A stretch of 64,000 nt of DNA from the NCBI GenBank assembly GCA_964544335.1, contig CAZJAJ010000003.1:11589-75588 (forward strand), written 5' to 3'. Below are positions 1-10,598 of the stretch, piece by piece; the stretch's first letter is position 1; each line of letters opens with the position of its first letter. The translations under genes were made by a program, and so were the position numbers. The stretch comes from an uncultured Methanosarcinales archaeon (GTDB lineage: Archaea > Nanobdellota > Nanobdellia > Woesearchaeales > JABIAG01). The notes beneath the pieces are model-generated. The model saw nothing but the letters and a program-made list of their open reading frames with translations. It was not told the origin of the DNA and made no database searches.

Positions 1-559
1 TGCATCAATTATCTTTTCATATGTTTGAGCGATGGTGTTTAGTGATTCTTCATCCATTCCAGAGACTACTTTGATTATTTTTTCAACAGTGTGGTTTTTA
101 TCTCCAGGGTTTATACGTTCTGGAGAGTATCCTACTTTGAAATCAGTTCCGCACTGTAGATTAGATTCTTTTTCAAGAATTGGGACACAATCTTCTTCTG
201 TGCATCCAGGATATACTGTTGATTCAAATACTACGATTGAACCTTTTTTTAGATGTTTCCCTACCGTTGTTGATGCACCAAGAAGTGGTTTAAGGTTTGG
301 ATTTTTTGATTGATCAATAGGTGTTGGGACTGCAACAATGATGAAATCTGATTCTGAAATAATTGATGGATCTGATGAGTATGTGATTTGTGTTTTTTCA
401 AGTTCTTCTTTTGTTACTTCATTGGTTCTATCATGTCCTTCTTTGAGTTCTTGTATACGTTTTTCATTAATGTCAAAGGCATTTACTGGCTCTTTTAGAC
501 CAAACTTTACCGCAAGGGGAAGACCTACATATCCTAGTCCTACAATACAAATTTTCATG
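1..559 (-). CDS. UDP-glucose/GDP-mannose 6-dehydrogenase family protein, N-terminal part (partial; continues beyond window start)
   Basis: Reverse-strand translation from 559 gives MKICIVGLGYVGLPLAVKFGLKEPVNAFDINEKRIQELKEGHDRTNEV.... This is a Rossmann GxGxxG N-terminus typical of nucleotide-sugar dehydrogenases. No stop codon occurs before the window edge. The plus-strand ORFs 32..313 and 338..565 are antisense artefacts. Confidence 0.75.
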
Positions 560-622
560 GGTTAAGGTCATCTAGAGAGTTTATATAGTTTATGCATTCT
601 TTCTCGTGTATACGTTGCTGTA

Positions 623-2470
623 TTGTACTTCCACAAGTTTTATATGGTATCATGGATGCCTTTTCTCATGAACATATCATGGAAAGATGAAGCAAAATGT
701 ATTGACTGGGAAATATTTCCAGATAAAATTGATGAGAGTGATTTTTCATCAGGTAGCGTGAAGTGGTTTTCTGATGGTACATTGAATGTTTCATATAATT
801 GTATTGATAGACATCTTCCTGCTAAAAAAGATGTTGTTGCGATTCATTGGGAAGGAGATAATCCATCTAATAGTAGAGAGATTACCTATGGTGAATTATC
901 TGCTGAAGTAAACAGACTTGCTAATGCGCTTAATCAATATGTTTCTTGCGGCGATAGGGTTATTATTTACATGCCTATGATTCCTGAAGCAATTTATGCT
1001 ATGCAGGCGTGTGCACGCATTGGCGCTGTGCATTCTGTTGTCTTTGGTGGTTTTTCTTCAGAAAGTTTACTTAAGCGAATTACGGATTGTGATGCTAAAT
1101 TGGTCATTACTGCTGATGGTGGTTTTCGTGGTGGTAAAATTGTTTCTTTAAAGAAAGAGGTTGATGCTATTATTGATCAAACATCTGTTCAGACTGTTCT
1201 TTGTGTGAAAAATACTGGTGAGAATGTTGAGTGGGGGCAGAGAGATGTGTGGTATCATGATGCTGTTGCTGATATGCCTATTTCTTGTGATCCTGTAATT
1301 ATGAATGCAGAGGATCCGTTGTTTATTTTGTACACATCAGGTTCTACTGGAACACCAAAAGGAATTGTTCATTCAAGTGGTGGATATATTGTGTATGCCA
1401 ATTATACGTTTAGAACCGTTTTTGATTACAAAAAAGGTGATGTGTTTTGGTGCATTGCAGATGTTGGTTGGATTACTGGTCATTCTTATGTTGTGTATGG
1501 TCCTTTAAGTGCTGGTGCAACCATTGTGATGCATGAAGGAACGCCTTTTTATCCAACTCCTTCACGACATTTTGAGATTATTGAAAAGCACAAGGTGAGT
1601 GTGTATTATACTGCACCAACTGCAATTCGTGCAATGATTCGAGAGGGTGATGAGTTTGTATCTAAGCATGATTTGAGTTCTCTTCGTTTGCTTGGCAGTG
1701 TTGGAGAGCCACTCAATCCAAAAGCGTGGAAATGGTATTTTGAAAAGGTCGGTAGAGGGAAGTGTCGTATTATGGATACGTGGTGGCAAACAGAAACAGG
1801 TGGCATTATGCTTGCTCCACTTGAGACGCAAGAGCCTGGTTTTGTAGGAGGTCCTTTACCTGGTATTACTCCTGTTGTGTTTAATGAGAGCGATGATGAG
1901 TGCAATAAAGGCATGCTATGTTTTAGTTCTAGTTGGCCAGGTCAAGCACGAACTATCCATGGAAATCATGAGCGTTTTGTTACAACGTATTTTGAAAAAT
2001 ATCCAGGATATTATTATCCTGCAGATGAGTGTGAAATTGTTGATGGAAACTATAAGATCATAGGTCGTGTTGATGATATGCTTAATGTGAGTGGTCATTT
2101 GCTTGGTACTGCAGAAATTGAGAGCGCACTGGTTGCTCATCCTGCAGTTGCGGAAGCTGCTGTTGTTGGTTGTCTTGATTCACTTAGAGGAGAGGGTATT
2201 TATGCGTTTGTTAATTTGAAACAAGGATTTTCTGGCAGTAGTGAATTAGTTGATGAATTAAGAGGATTTGTTGGCTCTTCTCTTGGTCCTATTGCAAAAC
2301 CACATGAAATTCAATTTGTTGAAGGCCTTCCTAAAACACGTTCTGGAAAGATTATGAGACGGATTTTGAAGAAGATTGTTGCAGACAGTAGTGACTTTGG
2401 AGATGTGTCTACACTTGCTGATGCGAGTGTTGTTGATGCTATTGAGAAAGGGTTTAGAGATCTACAGTGA
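623..2470 (+). CDS. acs: acetyl-CoA synthetase (AMP-forming acyl-CoA synthetase)
   Basis: 615 aa with the AMP-binding motif YTSGSTGTPKG, the WWQTETG motif and a C-terminal PKTRSGKIMRR motif characteristic of Acs. The true start may be an internal Met. Confidence 0.9.
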   Translation: MYFHKFYMVSWMPFLMNISWKDEAKCIDWEIFPDKIDESDFSSGSVKWFSDGTLNVSYNCIDRHLPAKKDVVAIHWEGDNPSNSREITYGELSAEVNRLANALNQYVSCGDRVIIYMPMIPEAIYAMQACARIGAVHSVVFGGFSSESLLKRITDCDAKLVITADGGFRGGKIVSLKKEVDAIIDQTSVQTVLCVKNTGENVEWGQRDVWYHDAVADMPISCDPVIMNAEDPLFILYTSGSTGTPKGIVHSSGGYIVYANYTFRTVFDYKKGDVFWCIADVGWITGHSYVVYGPLSAGATIVMHEGTPFYPTPSRHFEIIEKHKVSVYYTAPTAIRAMIREGDEFVSKHDLSSLRLLGSVGEPLNPKAWKWYFEKVGRGKCRIMDTWWQTETGGIMLAPLETQEPGFVGGPLPGITPVVFNESDDECNKGMLCFSSSWPGQARTIHGNHERFVTTYFEKYPGYYYPADECEIVDGNYKIIGRVDDMLNVSGHLLGTAEIESALVAHPAVAEAAVVGCLDSLRGEGIYAFVNLKQGFSGSSELVDELRGFVGSSLGPIAKPHEIQFVEGLPKTRSGKIMRRILKKIVADSSDFGDVSTLADASVVDAIEKGFRDLQ

Positions 2471-2479
2471 TGCCGTAAA

Positions 2480-2956
2480 TTATCTACCATAACTACAGTA
2501 CTCTCTCCACGGAAATAACACATATTTTCTAAATGGTCTTGATGTAACTGTTGCAATACCTGCTGCTGCAATTGATGCTTTTACAATTTGTTTAGATGAT
2601 GCACCATTTGCATATAGAATTCCTGCGTATACTGGTGCATAGTTTAAAATCATTGATGAAGTGTCTATTGCCCACGCTTTTGCACCACCATTTTTTGGAT
2701 CAACGTGTAGTTTATTGCATAAGTAGTCAGCTGTTTTTGTGTATCCTCTAGCACACACAGAATCTACAGCAAGTGACATCAGTCTTGATTTTAGAATTTG
2801 TTCTGCTGAAAGTCCGGTTAGTGCCTCCATAGTTGCTAGTAAAGGCGTAAATGTTGCTGCTTTTGCTGAGGTATCAATTGCCCAATTTTTTACAAAAGAT
2901 CCAGACGAAGATGTTTCTGTGTCTAATTTTGATTCTAAACCAGTCTTATTATTCAT
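2480..2956 (-). CDS. hypothetical protein with an internal repeat (KNWAIDTSAKA / KAWAIDTSSMI)
   Basis: 158-aa ORF convergent with acs. It has an internal duplicated motif and no confident family assignment. Confidence 0.35.
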   Translation of the reverse strand: MNNKTGLESKLDTETSSSGSFVKNWAIDTSAKAATFTPLLATMEALTGLSAEQILKSRLMSLAVDSVCARGYTKTADYLCNKLHVDPKNGGAKAWAIDTSSMILNYAPVYAGILYANGASSKQIVKASIAAAGIATVTSRPFRKYVLFPWREYCSYGR

Positions 2957-3040
2957 ATGAAAGGGTAATGCAGATTATAAGATAAAGGAGTGTCCACCAA
3001 AATGGACAACATTTTTAAAGAATGATGTCTTTGCCCATGT

Positions 3041-3769
3041 ATGAACCATAAAAGTGCTTTGAGAGAGTTTGGACTTTCAGAAAAAGAGATTGGCGTATAT
3101 CTTGCACTACTTCCTCTTGGAACAGTGAGTCTACAGCGAGTAGTAAAAAAGTTAGAGTATCCAAGAACAACAGTATATAATACAATCAACCAACTTATTG
3201 AGAAAGGACTTGTTTCTAAAATTGAAATAAAAGGAGTTAGTAATTTTACTGCAGCAGATCCTGAAAAACTATCCAAAAAATTACAAGAAAAAAAAGATCT
3301 CATTGATGCAATTCTTCCTGATTTAAAAGAACTTAAAGCAAATATAAAAGATATTTCTTCAGTTGAGATTTATGAAGGATTTAAAGGAGTATATACTCTT
3401 CTAACAGATGTATTTGCAAAGAAACAGCAGACATACTATTTTGGAGGATATGCTGGTGCTTTAGAAATTCTTAAACACATCCCTAATCACGCACGAATGA
3501 TGAGGCTTGAGAAAAAAATTCCTGCTAAAATAGTAATTGCTCCTCTAGATGAAGAAATATTTCATGATAAACAATATCAAAAATTAACCAAAATGCGATT
3601 TTTAGACTCAATGAAAGATTTTCCTGTAATGATTTTGCTCTATGGCAACAATACTGCAATTCACACTGTTAAAGGAGATTTAATAGGGATAATCATAAGG
3701 AATAAAGAAGTTACCCAAGCAATGAAAATAATTTTTAATATGTATTGGAGTATGGGAAGTTCTGCATAA
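3041..3769 (+). CDS. TrmB-family transcriptional regulator
   Basis: N-terminal winged HTH (EKEIGVYLALLPLGTVSLQRVVKKLEYPRTTVYNTINQLIEKGLV) followed by a TrmB-type C-terminal domain, 242 aa. Confidence 0.75.
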   Translation: MNHKSALREFGLSEKEIGVYLALLPLGTVSLQRVVKKLEYPRTTVYNTINQLIEKGLVSKIEIKGVSNFTAADPEKLSKKLQEKKDLIDAILPDLKELKANIKDISSVEIYEGFKGVYTLLTDVFAKKQQTYYFGGYAGALEILKHIPNHARMMRLEKKIPAKIVIAPLDEEIFHDKQYQKLTKMRFLDSMKDFPVMILLYGNNTAIHTVKGDLIGIIIRNKEVTQAMKIIFNMYWSMGSSA

Positions 3770-3776
3770 AAATTAT

Positions 3777-4835
3777 TTAGAGATCGACAGTGATGGTTTG
3801 ATTCTTGGTGTTGACGTTCTTTACTAGTTCGTGATCTTTGAGGTGTTCTTTAATTTCTTCCCAAGAATGGTTTTCTCTTGCTTTTGTAAGATTGTCAAGC
3901 AGGGTTCGCAGTTTTGCGTATTGTTCGTAAATGAGTTCTCCCTTACGTTGATTTTTATCTGCTTGTGCTTCTAGTTTTTTGATAGTTTCTTCTTGGACTT
4001 TTATGATGTTGAGTATTTTCTCTTCTTCTCTATAGTAGGCTGCAAAGTCTCTTTTTTCTTGCTCTTCAATGAGTTGTTTGTTGATGTTGTCTGCAACTAT
4101 TTCGCCAAATGATTTTTCTATGTCTTCTGAACCTTCTACATGGAAAGGAATTGGTCTATTATTATAGAGTGAAGGTTTTGGATCTTTGGTAAATATAGAC
4201 TGTACCTTTTCATAGAGTGTTTCTGCTTCTTTTGCCGAGTAGTCGTTTGCCAGTCTCTTTTTGTCTTCTGATTCAAGTAGGAGTTCTGCATAAAATCCTG
4301 CAAGACCAAATGTTTTTGCAAGCACTTTTACTATTTGTTCATCATGTTCCTTGAGTGTTTGTTTGAATTGTGATTGAGAGATGATTTTTGTGTTGATGTC
4401 TTTTTGTGGTGGAGTGTATGTTTTTTCTTTGAGTCGATTAAGTGATGCAAGAACAGCGTAGTTGTCATCTTGCATAGTTGTAAGCACAATATTTCCTTTC
4501 CCAAATAACTCAATGAAAAGATGGTATTCGTTTTCTTTCTCTAGCACTAGGTGTAGAACACGTTCGAATCCTAGCTGTTCTATTACTCTAAGGCGTGCTC
4601 CTTTGATGTGTTTTCGAAGCGCCATGCAAAATCCTTTTGGAAGGCCTTGTTCTTCTTTGAAATCCGTTAGGAAAATAGAGTGCTTGGTGATTCGCATGAT
4701 CTTTTTTCCTTGATTTGGAATGTGAAATCGAATGAGTACATCTTTAGTTGGTTGATATATTTGGTCAATTTTTGCTTTTTCAAGGTCCCATTCTTTTAAG
4801 AGATAATGCAGGTCAAGTGCGGTGATTTCTTTCAT
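3777..4835 (-). CDS. NFACT-N domain protein (FbpA/Rqc2-like, short form)
   Basis: The N-terminus MKEITALDLHYLLKEWDLEKAKIDQIYQPTKDVLIRFH matches the NFACT-N start (L..EL..L.G.RI.KIYQP...E..L.IR). A coiled-coil-rich C-terminus follows. At 352 aa it is shorter than canonical Rqc2 homologs. Confidence 0.5.
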   Translation of the reverse strand: MKEITALDLHYLLKEWDLEKAKIDQIYQPTKDVLIRFHIPNQGKKIMRITKHSIFLTDFKEEQGLPKGFCMALRKHIKGARLRVIEQLGFERVLHLVLEKENEYHLFIELFGKGNIVLTTMQDDNYAVLASLNRLKEKTYTPPQKDINTKIISQSQFKQTLKEHDEQIVKVLAKTFGLAGFYAELLLESEDKKRLANDYSAKEAETLYEKVQSIFTKDPKPSLYNNRPIPFHVEGSEDIEKSFGEIVADNINKQLIEEQEKRDFAAYYREEEKILNIIKVQEETIKKLEAQADKNQRKGELIYEQYAKLRTLLDNLTKARENHSWEEIKEHLKDHELVKNVNTKNQTITVDL

Positions 4836-4902
4836 GGATCTTGGAGAGATGATGAGTATTTAAATGTAGTTGGAGAAGTTTTAAAAGGCAGGGAATTTTA
4901 TA

Positions 4903-5370
4903 GTGTGTATGGGATGCGATATGTGTGGAAGCAGTGGACAATTGTATACAGCAAAGATAGAAGGCGCTATTATGAAGGTATGCAATGGCTGCAAACAATA
5001 TGGTACTGTTCTTGATACTCCACGTTCTAGTAAACCGGTATTTAAACGACGTCCTCAAAAACCACAATTTAGAGAGGAAGAAAGTACTGATAGAATTGTA
5101 TCTGATTTTGATGAGGTCATTAAGAGTGCTCGTCAAAAGAAAGGTATTGACATTGAGAAGTTTGCTAAGAGTTTGCATGAGAAAGAGAGTCTCTTAAAAC
5201 ATATTGAATCTGGCAAATTTAAACCTTCATTTAAGGTTGCAAAAAAGCTTGAGAAGGCACTTGATATTCTCTTAATTGAATCTGAGATAGGTGGTAACGA
5301 AATTCCTACTGCTCAACATTCTGGTGGCATGACCATTGGAGATATGATTAAGATTAAAAAGAAGGAATAA
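4903..5370 (+). CDS. archaeal multiprotein bridging factor 1 (aMBF1): zinc ribbon plus HTH-XRE
   Basis: N-terminal CDMCG...CNGC zinc ribbon and a C-terminal cro/C1-type HTH (IDIEKFAKSLHEKESLLKHIESGKFKPSFKVAKKLEKAL). Alternative starts exist at 4909 and 4921. Confidence 0.7.
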   Translation: MCMGCDMCGSSGQLYTAKIEGAIMKVCNGCKQYGTVLDTPRSSKPVFKRRPQKPQFREEESTDRIVSDFDEVIKSARQKKGIDIEKFAKSLHEKESLLKHIESGKFKPSFKVAKKLEKALDILLIESEIGGNEIPTAQHSGGMTIGDMIKIKKKE

Positions 5371-6232
5371 TGTAGATTATAATTGTGGTTATTATTGCCC
5401 AAATCACCAATGAGGTGAGCAATTGTGGGTTTATTATTGCATGTGAGAGTTCTCTTCCCATGATGTGTCCTTCGTTTACATTCTTTGTAAAATAAATGAT
5501 TGCATAAAGAACTACTGGAATGGTTATTGCTAGTTGTGGGTAGGGTGAGAAGAGGGTGTAGAGTGCATAGAATCCTAGCACAAGTGTTGTTGAGATGGTG
5601 AAGAGAAACTGTGTTGTGTGATCATCGTATCCTTCTAGTGTGGTGTTAAATTCTTTTGCATTTGTTTTTAGGAGAAGGAGATTTGATCTTCGTTTTGCTG
5701 CAACAAGAAACACTGCAAGGAAGAATGGTACGAGTATGAGCCAAGGCGATATTTGGATTATGTTGTTTGGAATTGATGCAAATGCTCCACTTACTGCTCG
5801 TAGTACAAAGAGTATTGCAATGATAATTATGTCAAGGAAAAGTACATGTTTGAATATAAGTGAGTAGATGTTGGTTATAATGAAGTATGCGATGATGAAT
5901 AATGTGAATGTGGTGTCTAGCGTGAAAGCGAGAAACACTGCGGTGCATAAAAGGAGCAGTGAGGTAAGTATTGCAGTATTTATGGATACAGCGCCACTTG
6001 CAATTGGTCGTTTTCTTTTTTCTGGATGTGTTCTATCTTTTTGTAGATCATGAATGTCGTTTATGATGTATCCAGATGATGCAACCATGCAAAGACTGAT
6101 GCATGCAAGGAGTGTTCTTAGTAGTACATTTGGTGTGAAGAGTAATCCTGCAAAGACTACTGGCATGAATACGAGGACATTTTTGTAATATTGATGTACT
6201 CTTATTAGTCGTAATAGATTCCCCCACGTCAT
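5354..6232 (-). CDS. UbiA-family prenyltransferase (likely DGGGP synthase-like)
   Basis: Polytopic membrane protein with the NDxxDxxxD motif (YIINDIHDLQKDRTHPEKRKRPIASG). Its end overlaps the aMBF1 end by 17 nt on the opposite strand. Confidence 0.8.
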   Translation of the reverse strand: MTWGNLLRLIRVHQYYKNVLVFMPVVFAGLLFTPNVLLRTLLACISLCMVASSGYIINDIHDLQKDRTHPEKRKRPIASGAVSINTAILTSLLLLCTAVFLAFTLDTTFTLFIIAYFIITNIYSLIFKHVLFLDIIIIAILFVLRAVSGAFASIPNNIIQISPWLILVPFFLAVFLVAAKRRSNLLLLKTNAKEFNTTLEGYDDHTTQFLFTISTTLVLGFYALYTLFSPYPQLAITIPVVLYAIIYFTKNVNEGHIMGRELSHAIINPQLLTSLVIWAIITTIIIYIIPSF

Positions 6233-6262
6233 GAGATGAATAGAAAAAGTGTATTAAAAAAG

Positions 6263-6682
6263 TTATTTGGTTTTCTTACTATAGGTAGTGGTAATGGCAA
6301 TGATTTCGCCCATCACCCACATGCCATCGACGATGAGTAGGTTCTTTGTTTTTTCCATGAAGAAGAGAATGATAGTAAGAATTGGTATGCCAATTGATGC
6401 GGAGAGCGTTGCTGCTTCTTTTGTGAGTAATGAGAGAATTGGAAGGTCTGTAGTAAGTAGTGAGATAAATGAGATATAGATGAGCAGGATACAAGTAATT
6501 TCTACTGCAAGAATGATGCGATGATATTTTTTTAATTGTTTGAACATTGCTGTTTTTTCTTTGATGGTTTTTTGAGCATGTTTTGGTAATTGTTGTATTT
6601 TTTCTTCATAATCTAGAAATCTGAGCTCCATTCTTGAGAGTCTATTTGGAGAGATTTTGTAGAGATTCTTTCTAATGTCCAT
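6263..6682 (-). CDS. hypothetical membrane protein
   Basis: 139-aa ORF with a hydrophobic C-terminal half, in an otherwise uncovered interval. Confidence 0.4.
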   Translation of the reverse strand: MDIRKNLYKISPNRLSRMELRFLDYEEKIQQLPKHAQKTIKEKTAMFKQLKKYHRIILAVEITCILLIYISFISLLTTDLPILSLLTKEAATLSASIGIPILTIILFFMEKTKNLLIVDGMWVMGEIIAITTTYSKKTK

Positions 6683-6757
6683 GGCATGTGTTTGTTTTTA
6701 TAGTATTTAAATTATACCCAGAGAACCTTTAAAAAGATTGTATTATCTTGTGTGTGT

Positions 6758-8509
6758 ATGAGTAAGCGAATTGCTGTAGTTGATAATAATAAGCTCAAGG
6801 ATATGGATAAGAAAAAGCATATTGCTAGTCTTTGCCCTATTAATCGGGGGGGAAGCGAGTGTATGTACTTTGATGGAAGTAGCCTTCTTATTGACGAGAA
6901 CTTGTGTATTGGTTGCGGTATTTGCTCAAATGTAGCGCCTGAATCTATTAAAATTATCAATTTACCTTCACATCTACAGCAAGCGCCAATTCATCGATAT
7001 AGCAAGAATGGTTTTGCTTTGTATAATCTTCCTATTCCTGTGTTTGGAAAGGTGGTTGGTATTCTTGGAAGAAATGGTATTGGTAAATCTACTGCCATGA
7101 AGATTCTTGGGGGATTATTTATTCCTAACTTTGGTAACTTTGAAAGAGAAGGTACCTGGGATGATCTCATTGCTCGCTTTAAAGGGAGTGAAGCTCAGCT
7201 CTATTTTGAAAAAGTTAAGGCAGGAGAGATTGTAGTTAGCTATAAGCCGCAGCAAGTTGATCTTATTCCTCAAACGACGTCTGGAACCGTTCGATCCGTT
7301 CTTGAAAAAGTGGATGGTCGTGGTAAGTTTGATGAGATTGTTGAGGCACTTGATCTTTCTCGAGTGCTCGAGAGAGATATTTCAAAACTTTCAGGTGGGG
7401 AACTGCAAAGGCTTGCTATTGCTGCAACAGTACTTAAGGAAGCAAATTTGTATGTGTTTGATGAGCCAACAAGTTTTCTTGATATTAAACAACGTATTCG
7501 TGTTGGAAAGTTCTTACGTTCTCTTGCAAATGAAGATACGGCTGTACTTGTGGTTGAACACGATTTAATTATTCTTGATTATATGACGGATCTTATTCAT
7601 GTGATGTATGGTCGCGAAGCTGCCTATGGGGTGGTGTCACATCCCATGAGCACAAAGAATGGTATCAATGAATATCTTGAAGGATATCTTACTGGAGAAA
7701 ACATGCGATTTAGAGATAAAAAAATCTCTTTTGAGCGGCGACAGGCATTTTCAAAAGGTCTTAGAGAGGCACTTACCTCTTGGGGCGAGTTAAAGAAATC
7801 ACTTGGAAACTTTACCATTAGTACTGCACCTGGAGAGGTGAAGAAAAAAGATGTTGTTGGTGTACTTGGTGAGAATGGTATTGGTAAAACTTCTTTTATC
7901 AAAATGCTTGCTGAAGAGATTACACCAGATAGTGGGGAAGTTGATGAAAAAGTAACGGTTAGTTACAAGCCACAATATATTGATACGACTTCTGAAGAAT
8001 TGGTGGTGAGTGCTCTTGATCATGCTATTAAACATTATGAGGGGCTACTGGTAAAACCACTTAACTTAGAGCCTCTCTTTTATCGTAAGCTCAGTGAGCT
8101 TTCCGGTGGGGAGCTGCAGCGTGTATCTATTGCCATTTGTCTTGCAAAGGAAGCTGATTTGTATTTGATGGACGAGCCATCTGCATACCTTGATGTAGAA
8201 CAGCGTTTGCTCATTTCCAAAGTGCTTCGAGACTTTATGGAACTTAAAGGAAAGACTGCTGTTGTTATTGATCACGATTTACTCTTTATTGATTATTTAT
8301 CAGATAGAATTCTTGTGTTTGAAGGTATTCCTGCACAAGAAGGTATTGCACACGGTCCGTTTGAAATGATAACGGGGATGAATCGATTCCTCAAAGATAT
8401 TGGTCTTACGTTTAGGCGAGATAAAGAGAGTAATAGACCTCGTGCAAACAAAGTTGGTTCTCAAATGGATGAGAAGCAACGTAAAGATAATATGTGGTAT
8501 TATTTGTAG
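6758..8509 (+). CDS. abce1: ABCE1 / RNase L inhibitor-type ribosome recycling ATPase
   Basis: N-terminal Fe-S domain (CPINRGGSEC...CIGCGICSNVAP) followed by two ABC cassettes. Each cassette has a Walker A motif (GRNGIGKST, GENGIGKTS) and an LSGGELQR signature. Confidence 0.9.
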   Translation: MSKRIAVVDNNKLKDMDKKKHIASLCPINRGGSECMYFDGSSLLIDENLCIGCGICSNVAPESIKIINLPSHLQQAPIHRYSKNGFALYNLPIPVFGKVVGILGRNGIGKSTAMKILGGLFIPNFGNFEREGTWDDLIARFKGSEAQLYFEKVKAGEIVVSYKPQQVDLIPQTTSGTVRSVLEKVDGRGKFDEIVEALDLSRVLERDISKLSGGELQRLAIAATVLKEANLYVFDEPTSFLDIKQRIRVGKFLRSLANEDTAVLVVEHDLIILDYMTDLIHVMYGREAAYGVVSHPMSTKNGINEYLEGYLTGENMRFRDKKISFERRQAFSKGLREALTSWGELKKSLGNFTISTAPGEVKKKDVVGVLGENGIGKTSFIKMLAEEITPDSGEVDEKVTVSYKPQYIDTTSEELVVSALDHAIKHYEGLLVKPLNLEPLFYRKLSELSGGELQRVSIAICLAKEADLYLMDEPSAYLDVEQRLLISKVLRDFMELKGKTAVVIDHDLLFIDYLSDRILVFEGIPAQEGIAHGPFEMITGMNRFLKDIGLTFRRDKESNRPRANKVGSQMDEKQRKDNMWYYL

Positions 8510-8517
8510 GAGATATC

Positions 8518-9060
8518 ATGGAACAATTTTTGATTGTTACGTTGCTGAAGGGAAAAGGTAAAAGCATACAGGAAGCACTTATTAAAGATGTGAGTGAGCG
8601 TTTTGGTGTGCATGAATATAGCGATACAAAAATACCTGCACACATCACATTAAAGCAACCGTTTTCTACAAATGATATTTCTTACATGGTTGATTTTCTA
8701 GAGGATTTTTGCAGCAGTGTTCGCTCATTTTCTTATGAGTGTGAGGGCATTGGACATTTTGGTGAGGAAGTGGTGTATATAGATGTTGTAGATCAAGATG
8801 GTCCTTTGCGAGAAGTGTATGATGAACTCCAAAGCGAAATTAAAGCAATGAAGAAAATAGAGATGGGTCCTTTTGATGGAATAGGACATTTTCATGCTTC
8901 AATTGCTTTTAGAGATATTGCAGAGCAATTTGAAGAAATATTACGTTATGTTACTTCTAAAGAAATTTCATTTACACAAGAATTTGATAATATTACACTT
9001 CTTAAGAAAAAGAATGGTGTGTGGAAAATCTATTTAGAAATTAAAATAAAGAAAAAATAA
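8518..9060 (+). CDS. 2H phosphoesterase (LigT-like 2'-5' RNA ligase family)
   Basis: Two H-x-T/S-x motifs (AHITLK, HFHASIAF) at the spacing typical of the 2H superfamily. The ATG at 8518 is chosen to avoid overlap with ABCE1. Confidence 0.6.
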   Translation: MEQFLIVTLLKGKGKSIQEALIKDVSERFGVHEYSDTKIPAHITLKQPFSTNDISYMVDFLEDFCSSVRSFSYECEGIGHFGEEVVYIDVVDQDGPLREVYDELQSEIKAMKKIEMGPFDGIGHFHASIAFRDIAEQFEEILRYVTSKEISFTQEFDNITLLKKKNGVWKIYLEIKIKKK

Positions 9061-9067
9061 ATGAGGT

Positions 9068-9793
9068 TTACTCATTTAGTGCTGCTTCAATAGCTGCTTC
9101 AAAGACACTGTATGGTTGTGCTCCTGAAATTTTTACCCCGTTTACAAAGAAACCAGGTGTTCCAGTTACGCCATATTGTTGACCATCGCTAAAGTCTTTT
9201 TGGACTTCTGATGCCATTTCTCCAGAGTCTAGGCAATTATCGAATTCTTCTTGGTCAAGACCAAGCTCTCCAGCCCACGTTTTGTAGTTTGAAACGCTCA
9301 GAGATCCTTGATTTTCAAAGAGCTTATCATGCATGTCATAATATGCATCTTGCTCACCTGCACATTCTGCTGCTTCTGCTGCTTTTTGTGCATTTTGGTG
9401 GAAGCTTAGTGGGAAGTCTCTGTAAACGAGTCGTACTTTTCCTGTATCGATGTAGTTTTCTTCGATTTGACTAAGTGTTTGTGAGTAGAATCGTGCACAG
9501 AATGGACATTCATAGTCACTAAACTCAATGATGGTTACTGGAGCATCAATGTCTCCTTTGATTGCATCATCATCAATGCTCACTTCTACTGGTTCACCGC
9601 TTGGAGCTGGTGCTGTTGGCTGATCTGAGCCACCAGTTGGTGCTGCTGCTACTTCGCCGGATACGACTGCTTCTTTGATCGTGTTTACGTGTACTGCAAT
9701 TACCAGTACAAGTACTACTTGAATAACTGCTAAAATCATCATCCATTTCTGGTGACTACTTTTAGTAGATTTGTGTGTTTGGTGTTGTTCCAT
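9068..9793 (-). CDS. DsbA-like thiol:disulfide oxidoreductase (membrane-anchored thioredoxin fold)
   Basis: N-terminal transmembrane segment, a CPFC redox motif (SDYECPFCARFY) and a thioredoxin-fold C-terminal region. Confidence 0.7.
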   Translation of the reverse strand: MEQHQTHKSTKSSHQKWMMILAVIQVVLVLVIAVHVNTIKEAVVSGEVAAAPTGGSDQPTAPAPSGEPVEVSIDDDAIKGDIDAPVTIIEFSDYECPFCARFYSQTLSQIEENYIDTGKVRLVYRDFPLSFHQNAQKAAEAAECAGEQDAYYDMHDKLFENQGSLSVSNYKTWAGELGLDQEEFDNCLDSGEMASEVQKDFSDGQQYGVTGTPGFFVNGVKISGAQPYSVFEAAIEAALNE

Positions 9794-9867
9794 AAGTATA
9801 AATCCCCCTTACTCTGTATATTGCAGAAATAGGGTTTTAAAAGTTTTTCCTTGAATAGGAGTCCATC

Positions 9868-10557
9868 TTACTTTTTTACTTCAAAGAAATTACCAAGTAT
9901 ACACCTTACCTTGAATTTTGGCCTGCATTTTACATACAGATAATCAACTAAGAATAAAGGAGACATGAGTATAAATAGTAAAAACCGTAATTTTAAGATT
10001 TTTGGAATAAAAAATCTCATGTGATAATATAATAAAAAGAAAGGACCTAGTGCAAAACAGGTAATTTTTACATGTGAAAAATTTGCCTCATTAAAGTGCT
10101 TTTCAAGATAACGATACGTAAATCTACAATAATCATCAGGATCAGGATGATATCCTATTGAAAAAGGAACAAAACCAACCATGCTTCCTCCTTTTTTAAG
10201 AATTCTGTTGATTTCATGAGTCATTTGTTGATAATTAAAAATGTGCTCATACACATTAAAACAGAGTGCATGATCAAAAGAATTATCTTCGAGATTAAAT
10301 TTATCTTCGAGATTTAGTTTTATGACACCCTCACCTTCATCAAAAAAATCAGTTTTAATTATTGAAGCATTTTCACCATATGTAATATGATTATGGTAAC
10401 TGTGTTTTCCCGTACCTGATCCCAAATCTATAATTTTTCCATCCAACGAAATATTTTCAAGAGCATCGAGTGTGAGAATTCTAATTGGCGTTTTATTATG
10501 AAATATTCCTTTTAGAAGCATGAGCCATGTTTTGGTGGTGAAGGTATTGTATTGCAT
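9868..10557 (-). CDS. class I SAM-dependent methyltransferase
   Basis: Motif I IIDLGSGTGKHS with an acidic post-I region, and a hydrophobic C-terminal tail. Confidence 0.6.
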   Translation of the reverse strand: MQYNTFTTKTWLMLLKGIFHNKTPIRILTLDALENISLDGKIIDLGSGTGKHSYHNHITYGENASIIKTDFFDEGEGVIKLNLEDKFNLEDNSFDHALCFNVYEHIFNYQQMTHEINRILKKGGSMVGFVPFSIGYHPDPDDYCRFTYRYLEKHFNEANFSHVKITCFALGPFFLLYYHMRFFIPKILKLRFLLFILMSPLFLVDYLYVKCRPKFKVRCILGNFFEVKK

Positions 10558-10598
10558 ACACTTTTTGTTTATCTTTTATTTAAATGTCTTTCTAGACT

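Noticed and set aside
32-565. Plus-strand ORFs 32..313 and 338..565
   Set aside because: They are antisense to a much better supported minus-strand UDP-glucose dehydrogenase N-terminus (MKICIVGLGYVGLPLAVKFG...). Their own sequences are low-complexity with no motifs.
1305-2140. Several short ORFs inside acs on both strands (1305..1508, 1562..1831, 1606..1914, 1875..2063, 1916..2140)
   Set aside because: They are nested within the strongly supported acetyl-CoA synthetase reading frame.
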